Positions 45,501-58,132 of a DNA stretch of 64,000 nt are shown in pieces. The notes below the pieces were generated by a model. It saw only the letters and a program-made list of their open reading frames with translations, searched no databases and was not told where the DNA came from. A program made the position numbers and the translations under genes. Position 1 is the stretch's first letter; each line of letters starts with the position of its first letter. The stretch comes from a virus: the UHGV virus genome UHGV-0232937. One strand, given 5' to 3'.

Positions 45501-45642
45501 ACGGTTCGATCAAAGTCCGTTGTTCGATTGCTCAGGCGTTAAATATTCACAGTTCCGTAATTTGGTGGATAGACGACTGAAAGATGATGCAGGAAACCCA
45601 CGTGATCCAAATCCTCCATCACAGATTAAGGTAGGAAATTAA
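42556..45642 (+). CDS. 7: baseplate wedge gp7
   Basis: KAPSITSLR..KL.AN.V...WDDVG, FVHPVGFGF. 1028 aa. Confidence 0.95.
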   Translation: MIKAPSITSLRVDKLAANFVYLKWDDVGMDFYYVVELARSRDMDGTIIPDEELIWTQLGYSYENEWFSDQVAPNTRYKFRIQTTHEGFEPSDWVISDELWTFDENAYAYTTMREFTPADSFINEKFAKNNRDYVDFNDDVIMASLMVEDFVYSPLYSDVSQISDKILKQESYNEIQDHIEHVCNDIDRTFLVYSNGLLYLFERFQNMAKVSNDKGQTWYYYKALNDRVGNPVSRTVAYQSANTTYVLGYDRIFYGRTSTDIRWSSDEVRFSSDDVTFAKLGNQSGLDFDVDSYNTYARLPGGVSKYAEAMACSSDWLYVAAKNVMRRIALRNTPIDTDPGSPTFGERIFDEVSYTIVPGNDKIVVKKMDVLNDRLYVLVTGEVKTAMMDPTVKANVIPSNDAGVYLWDENAKTFTRVYGKTEDERFYITHEYTNMSTNGDEVYISVGNYKYPGTLPDPDLVEKYPEDVHSAVKYDLVPGYTASISINFATVRANQNDPTVWNFGPQEYYNEANFSWHFRDKVSTWITNDNRPLVVYPETLYTLVTDSASPASTIRVNHEVWDKGTVTIYLNNIKFTGFTKYTNGVLLYRSGGRIIGFYELSYRARDELTIFWKPDNTLMVASLVNQERENPYTPDIEPGLIDPDLSHMITRFAPQSYLDNQQFEKFGEYYLQYISLGSNSYYNKLLNLIRNKYPREKNNVEYLWSEINRRNIYLDKTKREAVVRFFESRASDFYSTKGIEASYTFLFKLLYNEDVSVEIESSNSLEYDILVSSTNISQDIVGRTIYTPTGRANVTYIEREYENGQLRWSMTLHNAQGNFIEGQVVKSEKTNFTGMVIRGVRGKQMANNSIDYINRGRSYYVMKIRSNLPTSRYKDDVLRFVHPVGFGFMGITMLTVFINSGLSMTHNETIIDILRNYRFDSGYPKFWPDRIASMDGNGNQQFDLVTGEPLYTAHPRAGEPFDVPPEYDVEEKPLNGVLPSARRFDQSPLFDCSGVKYSQFRNLVDRRLKDDAGNPRDPNPPSQIKVGN

Positions 45643-46635
45643 ATGGCACAACAAAACTTGTATCGGTCGGTAATTACTGCAAAATTCCGAACCGAAAACT
45701 TGATGAACTTCAAAGATATGATCGGCGATGCCGCCGATCTAAACACGATTTATATGTCTATTGGGCGAACTGAATCATGGGCGGATAACGAATCCGACCC
45801 TAACTTTGCCCCGCCATATCCAAATGATAGCACCGATGGTGTTAGTGATATGTGGACGCATATGATCGGGGCTACTAAAGTTCCTGGTGATATGATAGAT
45901 GCAATTTTACCACGTAAAGACTGGGGTGATACTCGCTATCCAAACCCGAAAATCTTTTACTTTAACGATATTGTTGTTGTAAACACCGCGCCTTATAACC
46001 GTACTGATCCGGGTAAAGGTTGGATGGTTTATCGTGTAGTTGATGTTCCTGATATCGGTTCTTGCTCCATTTCGAGCATTACCGGAAAACTTGAATGTAT
46101 CAGGATCGGCGGTATCTGGAGTCCGTCTCATGAATCGAGTGAACCTCCACGCGGAGAAGCTAACGGGATCGACATGGGCGACGGCTATAAATGGGAATAC
46201 CTCTACACAATCCCGCCAGATGTCGTGATCAACCGCTGTACGAACGAACATATCGTAGTTCCTTTCCCTGGCGAACTGGAAGAGGATCCGGTACGTTGGG
46301 GTTATGATAACGTGATTCAATGGTATCCAGGACAATACGATCTAGTGTATCGGTTGAAGGTGAATTCAATGCGTTTTCGTGCATACATGGATTCTCTTTT
46401 CTTCCCGCAATCTACGCTTCCTGGTAACAAAGGGTTCCGTCAGATAAGTATTATTGTAAACCCGTTGATTAAAAAGGCAAGCCCGACCGAACCTGAAAAG
46501 AAAGCAACTGGTGATTACTATAATGCTAACGCGCTTGAACCTGATTCCGGACGTATGATTTACATGGAAAACAGACAACCTATTATTCGCTCCCTTGATC
46601 AGACTGAGGAAGTGAGTATTGTATTCGAATTCTAA
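45643..46635 (+). CDS. 8: baseplate wedge gp8
   Basis: KFRTEN, GDGYKWEYLYTIP, GFRQISII.NP. Confidence 0.95.
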   Translation: MAQQNLYRSVITAKFRTENLMNFKDMIGDAADLNTIYMSIGRTESWADNESDPNFAPPYPNDSTDGVSDMWTHMIGATKVPGDMIDAILPRKDWGDTRYPNPKIFYFNDIVVVNTAPYNRTDPGKGWMVYRVVDVPDIGSCSISSITGKLECIRIGGIWSPSHESSEPPRGEANGIDMGDGYKWEYLYTIPPDVVINRCTNEHIVVPFPGELEEDPVRWGYDNVIQWYPGQYDLVYRLKVNSMRFRAYMDSLFFPQSTLPGNKGFRQISIIVNPLIKKASPTEPEKKATGDYYNANALEPDSGRMIYMENRQPIIRSLDQTEEVSIVFEF

Positions 46636-46644
46636 GGAAAAACA

Positions 46645-47508
46645 ATGGCTTACCAAACAGCAAAAAAACTAATTGATGTCGGTGAAATCGGCAACCCATC
46701 AACAGGCGACCCGCTTTATGATGGTGGTGTTAAACTGAACGAAATGATCACCAACGTTTATAATGCGTTTGGTGATGTGCGTATGCTGTCTGCAAACGAA
46801 GGTGTCGGTAACATGGTGATCCATGCTACCGGATACTATCAGAAACTACCACGCACTTACTATTCAAGCACACCGATCGAACTGGGTTCCTTGCATGACA
46901 TGGATACTTCAACAGGTTCGATTACCGTTGTTCTTCCTTCTGGTAAGGTTGGCGAAGGTTGCTACTTCATAAATAGTACGGGTAGTGTCTCTGTTGATCG
47001 TCCTATCGCGTTTCGTCCTCAAGTTGGCGATACTATCGCGGGGGTTGCAAACCAGTTGTATATCACGTCACCTTACACCTTTGTAAAAATCTGGTGTACC
47101 AAAAAAGAAGGTGCGGTAACAACATGGGATTATTCTGTAGAATCTATGTTCGGTTCTAAAACGATGCCTGTTGACACTACGGCGCTTGTACTGAAAGCAA
47201 ACCCGACTGCTATTCCTATGTTCGGATATAGCGAATTTAGCGGGGCTAAGGTGCTCGTATACGCAGAAAACGTAGCTGGTACAGTTACCAAAATGGCGGA
47301 AGTTTTAATGACCGTGGATCGTGTAAACAAAACGATTTATTCAACGGAATATGCTATTTTGAAAAACAGTGAAGATGAAATGTTTACATTAAACTTTACT
47401 GTCGGTGCTGGTGATGTCGTATACGCTAACGTGCAAGCGATCAAAGAAGATCGAATTAAATTCACGATTAAAGCAATCGATACGATTAAATCAGGGATCG
47501 CGTCATGA
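46645..47508 (+). CDS. 9: baseplate tail-fibre connector gp9
   Basis: KKLIDVGEIGNPSTGD.LYDGG.K. Confidence 0.95.
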   Translation: MAYQTAKKLIDVGEIGNPSTGDPLYDGGVKLNEMITNVYNAFGDVRMLSANEGVGNMVIHATGYYQKLPRTYYSSTPIELGSLHDMDTSTGSITVVLPSGKVGEGCYFINSTGSVSVDRPIAFRPQVGDTIAGVANQLYITSPYTFVKIWCTKKEGAVTTWDYSVESMFGSKTMPVDTTALVLKANPTAIPMFGYSEFSGAKVLVYAENVAGTVTKMAEVLMTVDRVNKTIYSTEYAILKNSEDEMFTLNFTVGAGDVVYANVQAIKEDRIKFTIKAIDTIKSGIAS

Positions 47509-49322
47509 AACAAGAAATTTTAATAGGTCAGGTTGTAGACGATGGTACAGGCGATTACCTGCGTCGAGGTGGTCAAAAGACTAACAACAACTTTACAGAA
47601 TTGTATAACATGCTGGGGGATGGTGAGATCCCCCATCCAGCAGGTGCCTGGAAAACCTTTGCGGGTACGACGCTATCACCAAAATTTGGTGAATCATGGG
47701 CGTTGAATACCAGTGCAAACAAAATCACCGTAAACCTCCCGAAAGGTGGCGTAGGCGACTATAACAAAGTTATTCGTCTGCGTGATGTGTGGTCGCGTTG
47801 GGCTACCAACAACGTTAGACTGATCCCCGCAACTGGTGATACTATCAAAGGTTCCCCAACTCCTAAAGATCTGTTTAAAGATTTTATGGATGTGGAATTG
47901 GTGTATTGTTCTCCGGGCCGTTGGGAATACGTCGAAAACAAACAGATTGACAAAATCACAACTTCGGATCTGGCAACAGTAGCAAAAGAAACGTATATTG
48001 CTACTCAGGGACAAACTGACTTCCCTAACGTATTCGGTGTTGGTAATGAATACAACCTGCAATCGTTCGAAGTTTACTATCGCGGTAACTTGCTGTTCAT
48101 CGATGAGAAAGACGGATTCAATGCTGATAACTCAGACTATGGATCGATTGGTTCTGCTCCTGGTGAACTGGTTGCACTTGATGGTAATTCAGTACGTCTT
48201 AAAAACCCGTGTAACGCTGGTGACACGCTTCAATTTGTTACCTATCTAGATGGGTTAGCAACATGGCGTTCGAGCTATGAAGCGTATGTGATGCGCATGT
48301 ATCAGACTGGTGATACTTCTCTGGAAACCGTTCCTGGTGAACAGTGGGTAGGTGATCTGGCAACCAAAAAAGAGTTTACACCTGCTGAATTTGGTGTTAA
48401 CCCTCGCGTGTTGATTAACCCTAACTCGTTTGAACTGCTTCTCAACGGTAAACAACTGGTTAAAGGCGGTGACGCTGACTATCCGGCGTTTTCCTGTGAA
48501 GGTGCGGAAGGTGTTGATGAAAGTACGTGTGTTGGTAACTCTGGTGTATGGGTTCCGTCAGGACAGGATTATAGTTTAGTATTCACTGATTCTGTAGTGA
48601 CTTCAATCAAGTTTGCTCAGGAACTGGAATCCGGCGACGTTGTAACGATCCGTTGGTTTAACAATGATATTGGTACTCTGATGGATTGGGAAGGAACTGG
48701 CGGTATTAAAGAAAAAGCTGATAAGGTTTATCTCAATAACGAAGAAGAAGTTATATTGACGAACCGTATCGAATATACCGATTATAATAACCCTTCTCAG
48801 AAAACAATGCGTAATACAGGGGAAACCTATCAGGGACGTATTCTGGATATTCAGGCTATGTTTGATATTATCCACCCGATCGGAACCATCTATGAAAACG
48901 CACACAACCCGGCAAACCCTGCTGATTATATGGGATTTGGTGGTTGGAAACGTTACGCAGAAGGTTATTTCCTGGCTGGCTGGACATCAAATGCAGCGGA
49001 TCCTGATTTCGCATTAAACAATAATGATTTAGATAGTGGTGGTCAACCGAGTCATACGGCAGGTGGTACAGGCGGTGATCGTGGTACAGAAATCAAAATC
49101 ATCAACGTTCCTGAACTTGTATCAAAAGATAAAGTTCTGATTTCTGATGAAAATGGTGCTGTGATCATTGGTGGTTGTCAGTTAGATCCTGATGCTTCTG
49201 GCCCTGGATACACTAAATACCGTGAGGATACATTGAAAGTGAATCATGGTAACACATTACCTGATAAAATCAAAACTATTCCACCGTATATGACTGCACA
49301 TCGCTGGATAAGGGTTGCATAA
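47505..49322 (+). CDS. 10: baseplate wedge / tail pin gp10
   Basis: MKQEILIGQVVDDGTGDYLRRGG.K.N.NF, HPIGTIYEN. Confidence 0.95.
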   Translation: MKQEILIGQVVDDGTGDYLRRGGQKTNNNFTELYNMLGDGEIPHPAGAWKTFAGTTLSPKFGESWALNTSANKITVNLPKGGVGDYNKVIRLRDVWSRWATNNVRLIPATGDTIKGSPTPKDLFKDFMDVELVYCSPGRWEYVENKQIDKITTSDLATVAKETYIATQGQTDFPNVFGVGNEYNLQSFEVYYRGNLLFIDEKDGFNADNSDYGSIGSAPGELVALDGNSVRLKNPCNAGDTLQFVTYLDGLATWRSSYEAYVMRMYQTGDTSLETVPGEQWVGDLATKKEFTPAEFGVNPRVLINPNSFELLLNGKQLVKGGDADYPAFSCEGAEGVDESTCVGNSGVWVPSGQDYSLVFTDSVVTSIKFAQELESGDVVTIRWFNNDIGTLMDWEGTGGIKEKADKVYLNNEEEVILTNRIEYTDYNNPSQKTMRNTGETYQGRILDIQAMFDIIHPIGTIYENAHNPANPADYMGFGGWKRYAEGYFLAGWTSNAADPDFALNNNDLDSGGQPSHTAGGTGGDRGTEIKIINVPELVSKDKVLISDENGAVIIGGCQLDPDASGPGYTKYREDTLKVNHGNTLPDKIKTIPPYMTAHRWIRVA

Positions 49323-49990
49323 TGGCTTACAACAATATTTCAAAAACAAGGGAGGGCGCTCGCGTCCTCTCTAAAGAAGCAGATTACTTACAGTATGATA
49401 CTTATGGTAAGTTGCCTCTGATCGGCGGTAAACGTTCGATCGGCGAACCAAACATTGACCAAACAAAACGCGGTGTTCTGTATGGAAACGTACAATCCGC
49501 AATTGATGACCTGTATACGCTTATCGAGCAAATCCCGATTAACGGCGTTGTTACCATGACTGAGGATGCACCTCCAATCGCCGTACAGCAGGTTGAGAGC
49601 GTTTCTTTTGATGGTATTGTACAGAACATCGATTCAGACCAAGAACAGGCTGTAGTTCACGTATACGGCTTCCCTTTCATCTTTGATAATGGGACTAACG
49701 CCGCAACCGTTTGTGAAACTGCATACAACAAATTTACTGAATTCGTTGCAGCGGAAAAATATTTCGCAGAAGTTAACCGCAAAGGTGTTGATGGTACGAT
49801 CCTTGAATGTCGATTTATTGATAGTGTTCCGCACCCGGCAACAAATATCTCAGAAAACGGTATTCGTCAAATCGGAACTATCGACGTAGCCGCAAAAAAT
49901 GGCTATGGTTCATGGGTTAAGTTGGGTTCTGGTTTCTTACCTGATGTTACTCCGCAAGTAACCGTGTATTACTTCAAACGAATTGCATAA
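49322..49990 (+). CDS. 11: baseplate gp11
   Basis: NVQSAIDDL, GYGSW..LG, YYFKRIA. Confidence 0.92.
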   Translation: MAYNNISKTREGARVLSKEADYLQYDTYGKLPLIGGKRSIGEPNIDQTKRGVLYGNVQSAIDDLYTLIEQIPINGVVTMTEDAPPIAVQQVESVSFDGIVQNIDSDQEQAVVHVYGFPFIFDNGTNAATVCETAYNKFTEFVAAEKYFAEVNRKGVDGTILECRFIDSVPHPATNISENGIRQIGTIDVAAKNGYGSWVKLGSGFLPDVTPQVTVYYFKRIA

Positions 49991-49999
49991 GGATAACAC

Positions 50000-51385
50000 A
50001 TGAGTAACAATACAATCAACCACGTAAGTGATAAATCCATTTACGTGACATTTGACCCAACAGGTACTGATTGGCCTGATACCATAACCAACGTACAAGA
50101 TGCGTTGGAAAAAATAGGTAGTTGGGCGCGTACTGATACTGGGCTTCCTATCGCAACAACTTCTGTTCGTGGTATTGCTCAGATCGCAACCGAAGCTGAT
50201 ATTAACGCTGGCACGGATAACACTAAGATTGTTACTCCGAAACTGTTAGCATACCGTATGCAGAACCCTAAAGCATCACAAACCGTATGGGGTTATACGA
50301 AGTATTCGACTGATGCGGAATCTACAACCGTAACTAACGATGCATCGTCTATTACTCCGCGATCACTGAACTATGTGTTCAATAACCGCAAAGGTACAGA
50401 ATCGGTTTGGGGTTCTTCTAAAATCGCTACCACTGCACAGGCGGTTGCTGGTACAGATAACACTGTAACTATGACTCCTCTTAAAGTCAAGCAAGCGATC
50501 GCGTCTCTGGTTCCGGTTCAGTCAAGTGCAACCGAAAGCTCGCAAGGTCTGGTACAACTGGCAACAGTTGCACAGGTTCAGGCTGGTACGATCCGTGAAG
50601 GGTATGCAATTTCACCTTATACGTTTATTCGTTTAACTGCAACTGAAAGCAACCTGGGCGTTATTCGCATCGCATCACAGGCAGAAGCAAACGCAGGTAC
50701 TGATGACACCAAAGCGATTACTGCGAAAAAATTAATCAATACCCGTGCAACTGGATCCCAGTTCGGTGTTGTCAAATTAGCAACAACTGTTGGTTATGTG
50801 GCAAACACTGCACTTTCTTCTAATGCTAATGTATTGCCTAGCGATCGTAGTGCGGTAATTAATGGTTCTCTTTATGAGAATAGCGCAATACATAACAACA
50901 AATATCAGACGTGGACAGATCTTGATTGGCATTTCCCAGTAGGTGCTATTGTCATGACTGGTTTCCAGACTGACCACGGTAGTTTGTATATTTGTGATGG
51001 ACGTTCACTGAATAAAAATAATTACCCGTTACTGTTTGAGCGTATAGGTTATACATTTGGTGGTGGCGGTGATTGGTTTAACATTCCAGACTGTCGAGGC
51101 GTTGCAGTACGTGGTCATGACCGTGGGCGTGGACTAAACCCTAATCGTGGGTATGGTACATATGAAGGAGATATGTTGGGATGGCACGAACACCCATTAC
51201 AACTTATCTACCAGAACGGCGGTAACATTCCGAAATGGCAAGCAGTTTACGAACTGAAAAGCGCCGAGAAGAATGACCAAAGCGCTCGCGTATTTGATGC
51301 TTCTATAACTAAAGCTACTGGTGTGGGCGGTGAAGAAACCCGCATGAAAAACATCGCATTAAACTACGTAATTCGCGTATTATAA
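50000..51385 (+). CDS. 12: short tail fibre gp12
   Basis: MSNNT..HVSD.S.YV.FDP, ATE..QG repeats, collar PVGAI..CDG, HEH Zn site, ETRMKNIALNYVIRV. Confidence 0.95.
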   Translation: MSNNTINHVSDKSIYVTFDPTGTDWPDTITNVQDALEKIGSWARTDTGLPIATTSVRGIAQIATEADINAGTDNTKIVTPKLLAYRMQNPKASQTVWGYTKYSTDAESTTVTNDASSITPRSLNYVFNNRKGTESVWGSSKIATTAQAVAGTDNTVTMTPLKVKQAIASLVPVQSSATESSQGLVQLATVAQVQAGTIREGYAISPYTFIRLTATESNLGVIRIASQAEANAGTDDTKAITAKKLINTRATGSQFGVVKLATTVGYVANTALSSNANVLPSDRSAVINGSLYENSAIHNNKYQTWTDLDWHFPVGAIVMTGFQTDHGSLYICDGRSLNKNNYPLLFERIGYTFGGGGDWFNIPDCRGVAVRGHDRGRGLNPNRGYGTYEGDMLGWHEHPLQLIYQNGGNIPKWQAVYELKSAEKNDQSARVFDASITKATGVGGEETRMKNIALNYVIRVL

Positions 51386-51398
51386 CAGAGGTTATTAA

Positions 51399-53150
51399 AT
51401 GATCATCGACAAATTAAACCCGTTGCCGAAGATCCCGTTTGTTGATGGCGTCCCAGATGACGCCACGACTCAAACGAAGATTATTTGGATCAAAAACGGT
51501 GAAACTCTGGACGGTTCGCCAGATAAAGTGTCAAACACTGGCAGTCTTAACCGAACTGGTGTAAACATCCAGCAGAACGCGGTTCAGTTAGAACAAAATA
51601 CTATCACCCATAATGATAAAATCAACGAAGTAATCGATCAGGTTAACTTGATTACTGAAAACATTGATGCTATTGGTGATGAAAGCGTAATCAAAAAAGT
51701 TAACCAGTTGGATCAGGATGTTCAGGCATTAACTTTATCGAACACCCAAACACAGAACAAGGTAGCACAGTTAACCCTTTCTGTAAATGCTCAGAACGAT
51801 GAAATTGGTGAATACGATCCAGAAAAGGATCCTAAACACCGCACAATTCGTAATGATATCATTTACATCAAGAAAGAAGTTGGTTCATATCCTGGATTTA
51901 ACGTTGATGGTGATGTTGACCCCTCTTCTACTGGTACTGGCCTTAAATACCGCGTACTGAGTAACCAACGTGCCATTTCTATGCAGGAAACCCGCATAAC
52001 CAAACTGGAAGATGACTGGGCGCTTTCCGAAGTAGGACAACTGACAGAAGAGGTAAAAGAACTTCGTGCTGAAATGGGTGATTCTGGTCTTGCCACAACC
52101 CGTTCAATCTATGCGCGAATTAAGATCCTTGAGGATGGTTCTGTTGTAATGCAAAATGAACTTGATGCGATTAATAGTTATATCGGTCGCACGTCAGGTT
52201 CAACCAGTTCCATTAACGATCGTGTGAACAGTATGGAAAACTCCGTTAGTTCTCTGGCTACACAAATCAACGATCCGGTAACTGGTATCACTGCACAAAT
52301 TACAACCATCAATGGTCAAATTGGTACGGTTTCTGTTCAGGGTAGTATCCGTTATGATATTGCGGAAAACAAACGCAGATTGATGGATATGGAAATGATT
52401 CTGGGTGAATCCGGTGATGAAGGATTGCAGGGACAAGTTGCGATCTTAACTGGCGACATTGGCGAAGATTCAGATCCTACCAGTATCAAAGGCCGTTTGA
52501 GTGTTGTTGAGGGTGAATTACGCACCAACACTAGCGCACTATGGGAACTGCAAGGCGTTGTAGGTAACTCTTCTAGTGGCCTCGTTGCAACTAGCCAGCA
52601 GGTTAACAAAGAAATATATGGTGATGGTGTTAGTGCCGACCCCGTTACTCGTGCTGGTTTGAAAACGACAACCCGCAACCTGTTCACTCAGGTAGGAGAT
52701 AACTCCGAAGGTAACGAAACGGGCATTTATGCACTAATTGCCGACCTTAATAAACGTGTTGAGGATTTAGAAGCGTTGAACATTGCACAGGCACTTGCAG
52801 ATCGCGTAACTATCGAAGATCTGAATGCTAAACTGGCTATGTATATCAAAGAAGCTGACGCCGATCTCCGTTATGAGAGCAAAAACCCGCCTCTGTCATT
52901 CGGTACTAACCTAACTGGTGATACTGAATACACTACTGGCGATCCATTGTCTCTAAGCGTAACTATGAATGGTGGTGTTTCTCCGCTGTCTTACCAGTGG
53001 ACGAAAAACGGCGTAAACGTTGGTACTGATGCTAACACATTTACCATCGATTCGCTACAGCCTTCTGATTCCGGAACTTACAAAGTAACGGTAACTGATG
53101 CAAGCCATAAAGTCATCGTTTCTGATGAACTGGCGATCACTGTCGCTTAA
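51399..53150 (+). CDS. wac: fibritin with C-terminal Ig-like domain
   Basis: PFVDGVP...IWIKNGE, segmented coiled coil, C-terminal YQWTKNG...DSGTYKVTV. Confidence 0.92.
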   Translation: MIIDKLNPLPKIPFVDGVPDDATTQTKIIWIKNGETLDGSPDKVSNTGSLNRTGVNIQQNAVQLEQNTITHNDKINEVIDQVNLITENIDAIGDESVIKKVNQLDQDVQALTLSNTQTQNKVAQLTLSVNAQNDEIGEYDPEKDPKHRTIRNDIIYIKKEVGSYPGFNVDGDVDPSSTGTGLKYRVLSNQRAISMQETRITKLEDDWALSEVGQLTEEVKELRAEMGDSGLATTRSIYARIKILEDGSVVMQNELDAINSYIGRTSGSTSSINDRVNSMENSVSSLATQINDPVTGITAQITTINGQIGTVSVQGSIRYDIAENKRRLMDMEMILGESGDEGLQGQVAILTGDIGEDSDPTSIKGRLSVVEGELRTNTSALWELQGVVGNSSSGLVATSQQVNKEIYGDGVSADPVTRAGLKTTTRNLFTQVGDNSEGNETGIYALIADLNKRVEDLEALNIAQALADRVTIEDLNAKLAMYIKEADADLRYESKNPPLSFGTNLTGDTEYTTGDPLSLSVTMNGGVSPLSYQWTKNGVNVGTDANTFTIDSLQPSDSGTYKVTVTDASHKVIVSDELAITVA

Positions 53151-53158
53151 CGATTAAC

Positions 53159-53178
53159 AAGGGGCTTCGGCCCCTTTT
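53159..53178 (+). terminator. intrinsic terminator
   Basis: AAGGGGC-TTCG-GCCCCTTTT. Confidence 0.75.
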
Positions 53179-53188
53179 GAGGATCTTT

Positions 53189-54115
53189 ATGATTACGAAC
53201 AACCCAGCACAATTAAAAGATGAAATTCTGCGCCGTTTAGGTGCTCCGATCGTCAAAATCGAAGTGACAACCGAACAGGTTTATGACTGCATTCAACGAG
53301 CATTAGACCTATATGCAGAATATCATTACAATGGATCTAACAAAGGGTATATCATTCTCACCCTGGGGCCGGACAACCCGAAAAATATTTTCGATCTGAG
53401 TAAAGAACACATTTTCGCAATTACTAAAGTGTTGCGTACTAACATGGGTTCCCTTGTATCGATGGATGGTACTGCGGTTTATCCGTGGTTTACTGATTTC
53501 CTGATGGGCCTTACTGGTGGTTCTCTGGGCGGCGGTGGTTGTGCATCACGTACCTACGGAATGAACGCATATGGCGCGGATATGGGCTATTTTACCCAGA
53601 TGATGAGCTATCAGCGGTCAATGCAAGATCTCCTGTCTCCGCTTCCGGATTACTGGTATAACGACGACACAGGACAGTTTGCAGTATACGGAACCGTTAA
53701 AGATGGTGATATTGTTGTTATCGAAGCAATGATCAGATCCTTTGTTGATGTACCCAGTATGGTCGGTAACGTCGCTGGATACGCTACAGCGGGTTCTGAT
53801 GGTGAAGATAAGCCAACTATAGCAGATATATACAATAACCCCTACAAAGCCGTCTCAGGCGGTGTGAAGGCTGGTCAAGGTACAAGCGTTCATAGTTCAT
53901 CCTCTGCGTATAACAACCGTTGGGTGAAAGATTACGCAACTGCTCTTGTTAAAGAGGTAAACGGTCAGGTGCTGGCTAAGTTTCAGGGTATGCAATTGCC
54001 TGGTGGTGTTGCTCCGGATGGAACCCGACTGATTCAGGAAGCTATGCAAGAAAAAGAAAACCTCCGTCAAGAACTTCTGTTACTGTCTGATGCACTTCCA
54101 GTGTTGATGATGTAA
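53189..54115 (+). CDS. 13: neck protein gp13
   Basis: LKDEILRRLGAPI, NNRWVKDYATAL. GAGG RBS before ATG 53189. Confidence 0.95.
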   Translation: MITNNPAQLKDEILRRLGAPIVKIEVTTEQVYDCIQRALDLYAEYHYNGSNKGYIILTLGPDNPKNIFDLSKEHIFAITKVLRTNMGSLVSMDGTAVYPWFTDFLMGLTGGSLGGGGCASRTYGMNAYGADMGYFTQMMSYQRSMQDLLSPLPDYWYNDDTGQFAVYGTVKDGDIVVIEAMIRSFVDVPSMVGNVAGYATAGSDGEDKPTIADIYNNPYKAVSGGVKAGQGTSVHSSSSAYNNRWVKDYATALVKEVNGQVLAKFQGMQLPGGVAPDGTRLIQEAMQEKENLRQELLLLSDALPVLMM

Positions 54116-54124
54116 GGAGGAAAA

Positions 54125-54871
54125 ATGCAAAATTGGGATGAAAGTCTGTTTGCACAGTTAGAAGATGGTTCCGGCGTCGATCGGAACCTAAGACAAGAAG
54201 TAACAAACCCGTATGTTAACTGGTACAAGTATAACCCTACTCAACAGTTGCATGATTCACTAACAGCCGAAGCAATTCAAATGAAATCTCCGGATATGTA
54301 TTACGTCCGTCGAGAATTTGTTAATATTGATAAAATTTTGGGCGAAGACCGTGAATCGAAGTTTACAAAATCGTGGAAAATTGCAGCATACATCGATTCG
54401 TATGCAAACTACGAAGGACAGAGAGACTTTTACAGCAAATTTGGTATGATGTCAAACGATGAAATGACACTTGTGATCAATCCTCGTTTATTTGCACATC
54501 AAACCGATGGCGGGATCCCTGTTCTGGGAGATTTGATTTATTTCCCTATGGATAACAGCCTGTTTGAAATTACATGGATTGAGTTTGACCCGTTCTTCCA
54601 GTTCGGCGATCGTCCTCAACGTAAAATCAACCTCGTTAAATTTATCTATACTGGTGAAGAATTGGATCCTAAACTGCAACGAAATGAAGGGATTAACCTT
54701 GCTCCCGATGCTGATCTGGATCTCGAACCTATTCGAAATCTTGATGGATTGGCTGATACCAATATTGAACAATACGAAGAAGATCAAGCCTTTGAAGATG
54801 AAGGCGATGAATTCATTGAATCGTTTGATGTTGTCAACGGGCGCGGATCGCCGTTCGCACAGTTCCCATAA
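54125..54871 (+). CDS. 14: neck protein gp14
   Basis: NPYVN, FYSKFGM...DE, GDLIYFPMDNSLFEI. Confidence 0.95.
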   Translation: MQNWDESLFAQLEDGSGVDRNLRQEVTNPYVNWYKYNPTQQLHDSLTAEAIQMKSPDMYYVRREFVNIDKILGEDRESKFTKSWKIAAYIDSYANYEGQRDFYSKFGMMSNDEMTLVINPRLFAHQTDGGIPVLGDLIYFPMDNSLFEITWIEFDPFFQFGDRPQRKINLVKFIYTGEELDPKLQRNEGINLAPDADLDLEPIRNLDGLADTNIEQYEEDQAFEDEGDEFIESFDVVNGRGSPFAQFP

Positions 54872-54951
54872 ATATAACCAGGGGAAACCCTATACATGTA
54901 AGGGTATAGGAGAAATCTTATACCCGCTTTAACCCATACAGGAAAAATAAA

Positions 54952-55775
54952 ATGTTTGGATTTTGGTATAATAGTTCGTTGCGAAATTATATTGTCTTGA
55001 TGGGTTGTCTTTTCAATCACGTGCAAGTTAAACGCATTCGCGGCGAACAAGAAAAATTTATCAAGGTTCCGATTACCTACGCATCAAAAGAAAAATTCCT
55101 GGCATCCATGAACAAGCTGAACTATGCATACAGTCAGGAAAATGTTGCTAAAACGGAAACAATTTTACCACGTATGAATCTATCCCTCGTTGATTTGCAG
55201 TATAACGCAATTCGTAAAACTGGGATCGCGGTAAACCAAAAAATGACGCAGTTACGCGCACCTGGAAAAACAGTAACGCAGTTTAACCCTGCTCCGTATC
55301 GTCTCATGTTCGAACTGGGAGTGTATACCCGTTACGAAGATGATGTGTTTCAGATCATAGAACAGATACTGCCATACTTCCAGCCGCATTTCAACTGTCG
55401 TATTACAGAATTACATAAAAACGACATTAAAATAGACCGAGATATTAAAATATCTCTGCAATCTGTTTCCCCTGATACATCATTTGAAGGTGATGCAACG
55501 ACACGGCGACACATTGAATGGTCTTTAATGTTTGAATTACAGGGCTACCTGTATCCGCCTGTTAACGAGATTAAAGGCGAGATCAGAACAGTATACACGG
55601 ATTTCTTTTCCAATATGAACCCGTTGGACAAAGACAATTTTGAATCCGTTGATGCTCAGGTGGATCCGGTTGATATGCCTATACAGGATTACACGGGAGA
55701 AGAATACATTAAAACGTATGCTAATGATATCCCAATTCCTAGCGGCGATCAACCTCCTAAACCGAGGGGCCAATA

Positions 55776-55776
<1 letters not shown>
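54952..55776 (+). CDS. 15: tail sheath terminator gp15
   Basis: MFG.WYNSS.R.YIVLMG.LF, QILPYFQPHFN. Confidence 0.95.
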
Positions 55777-58113
<2,337 letters not shown>

Positions 58114-58132
58114 ATTTAGAGGAAACTTAATA

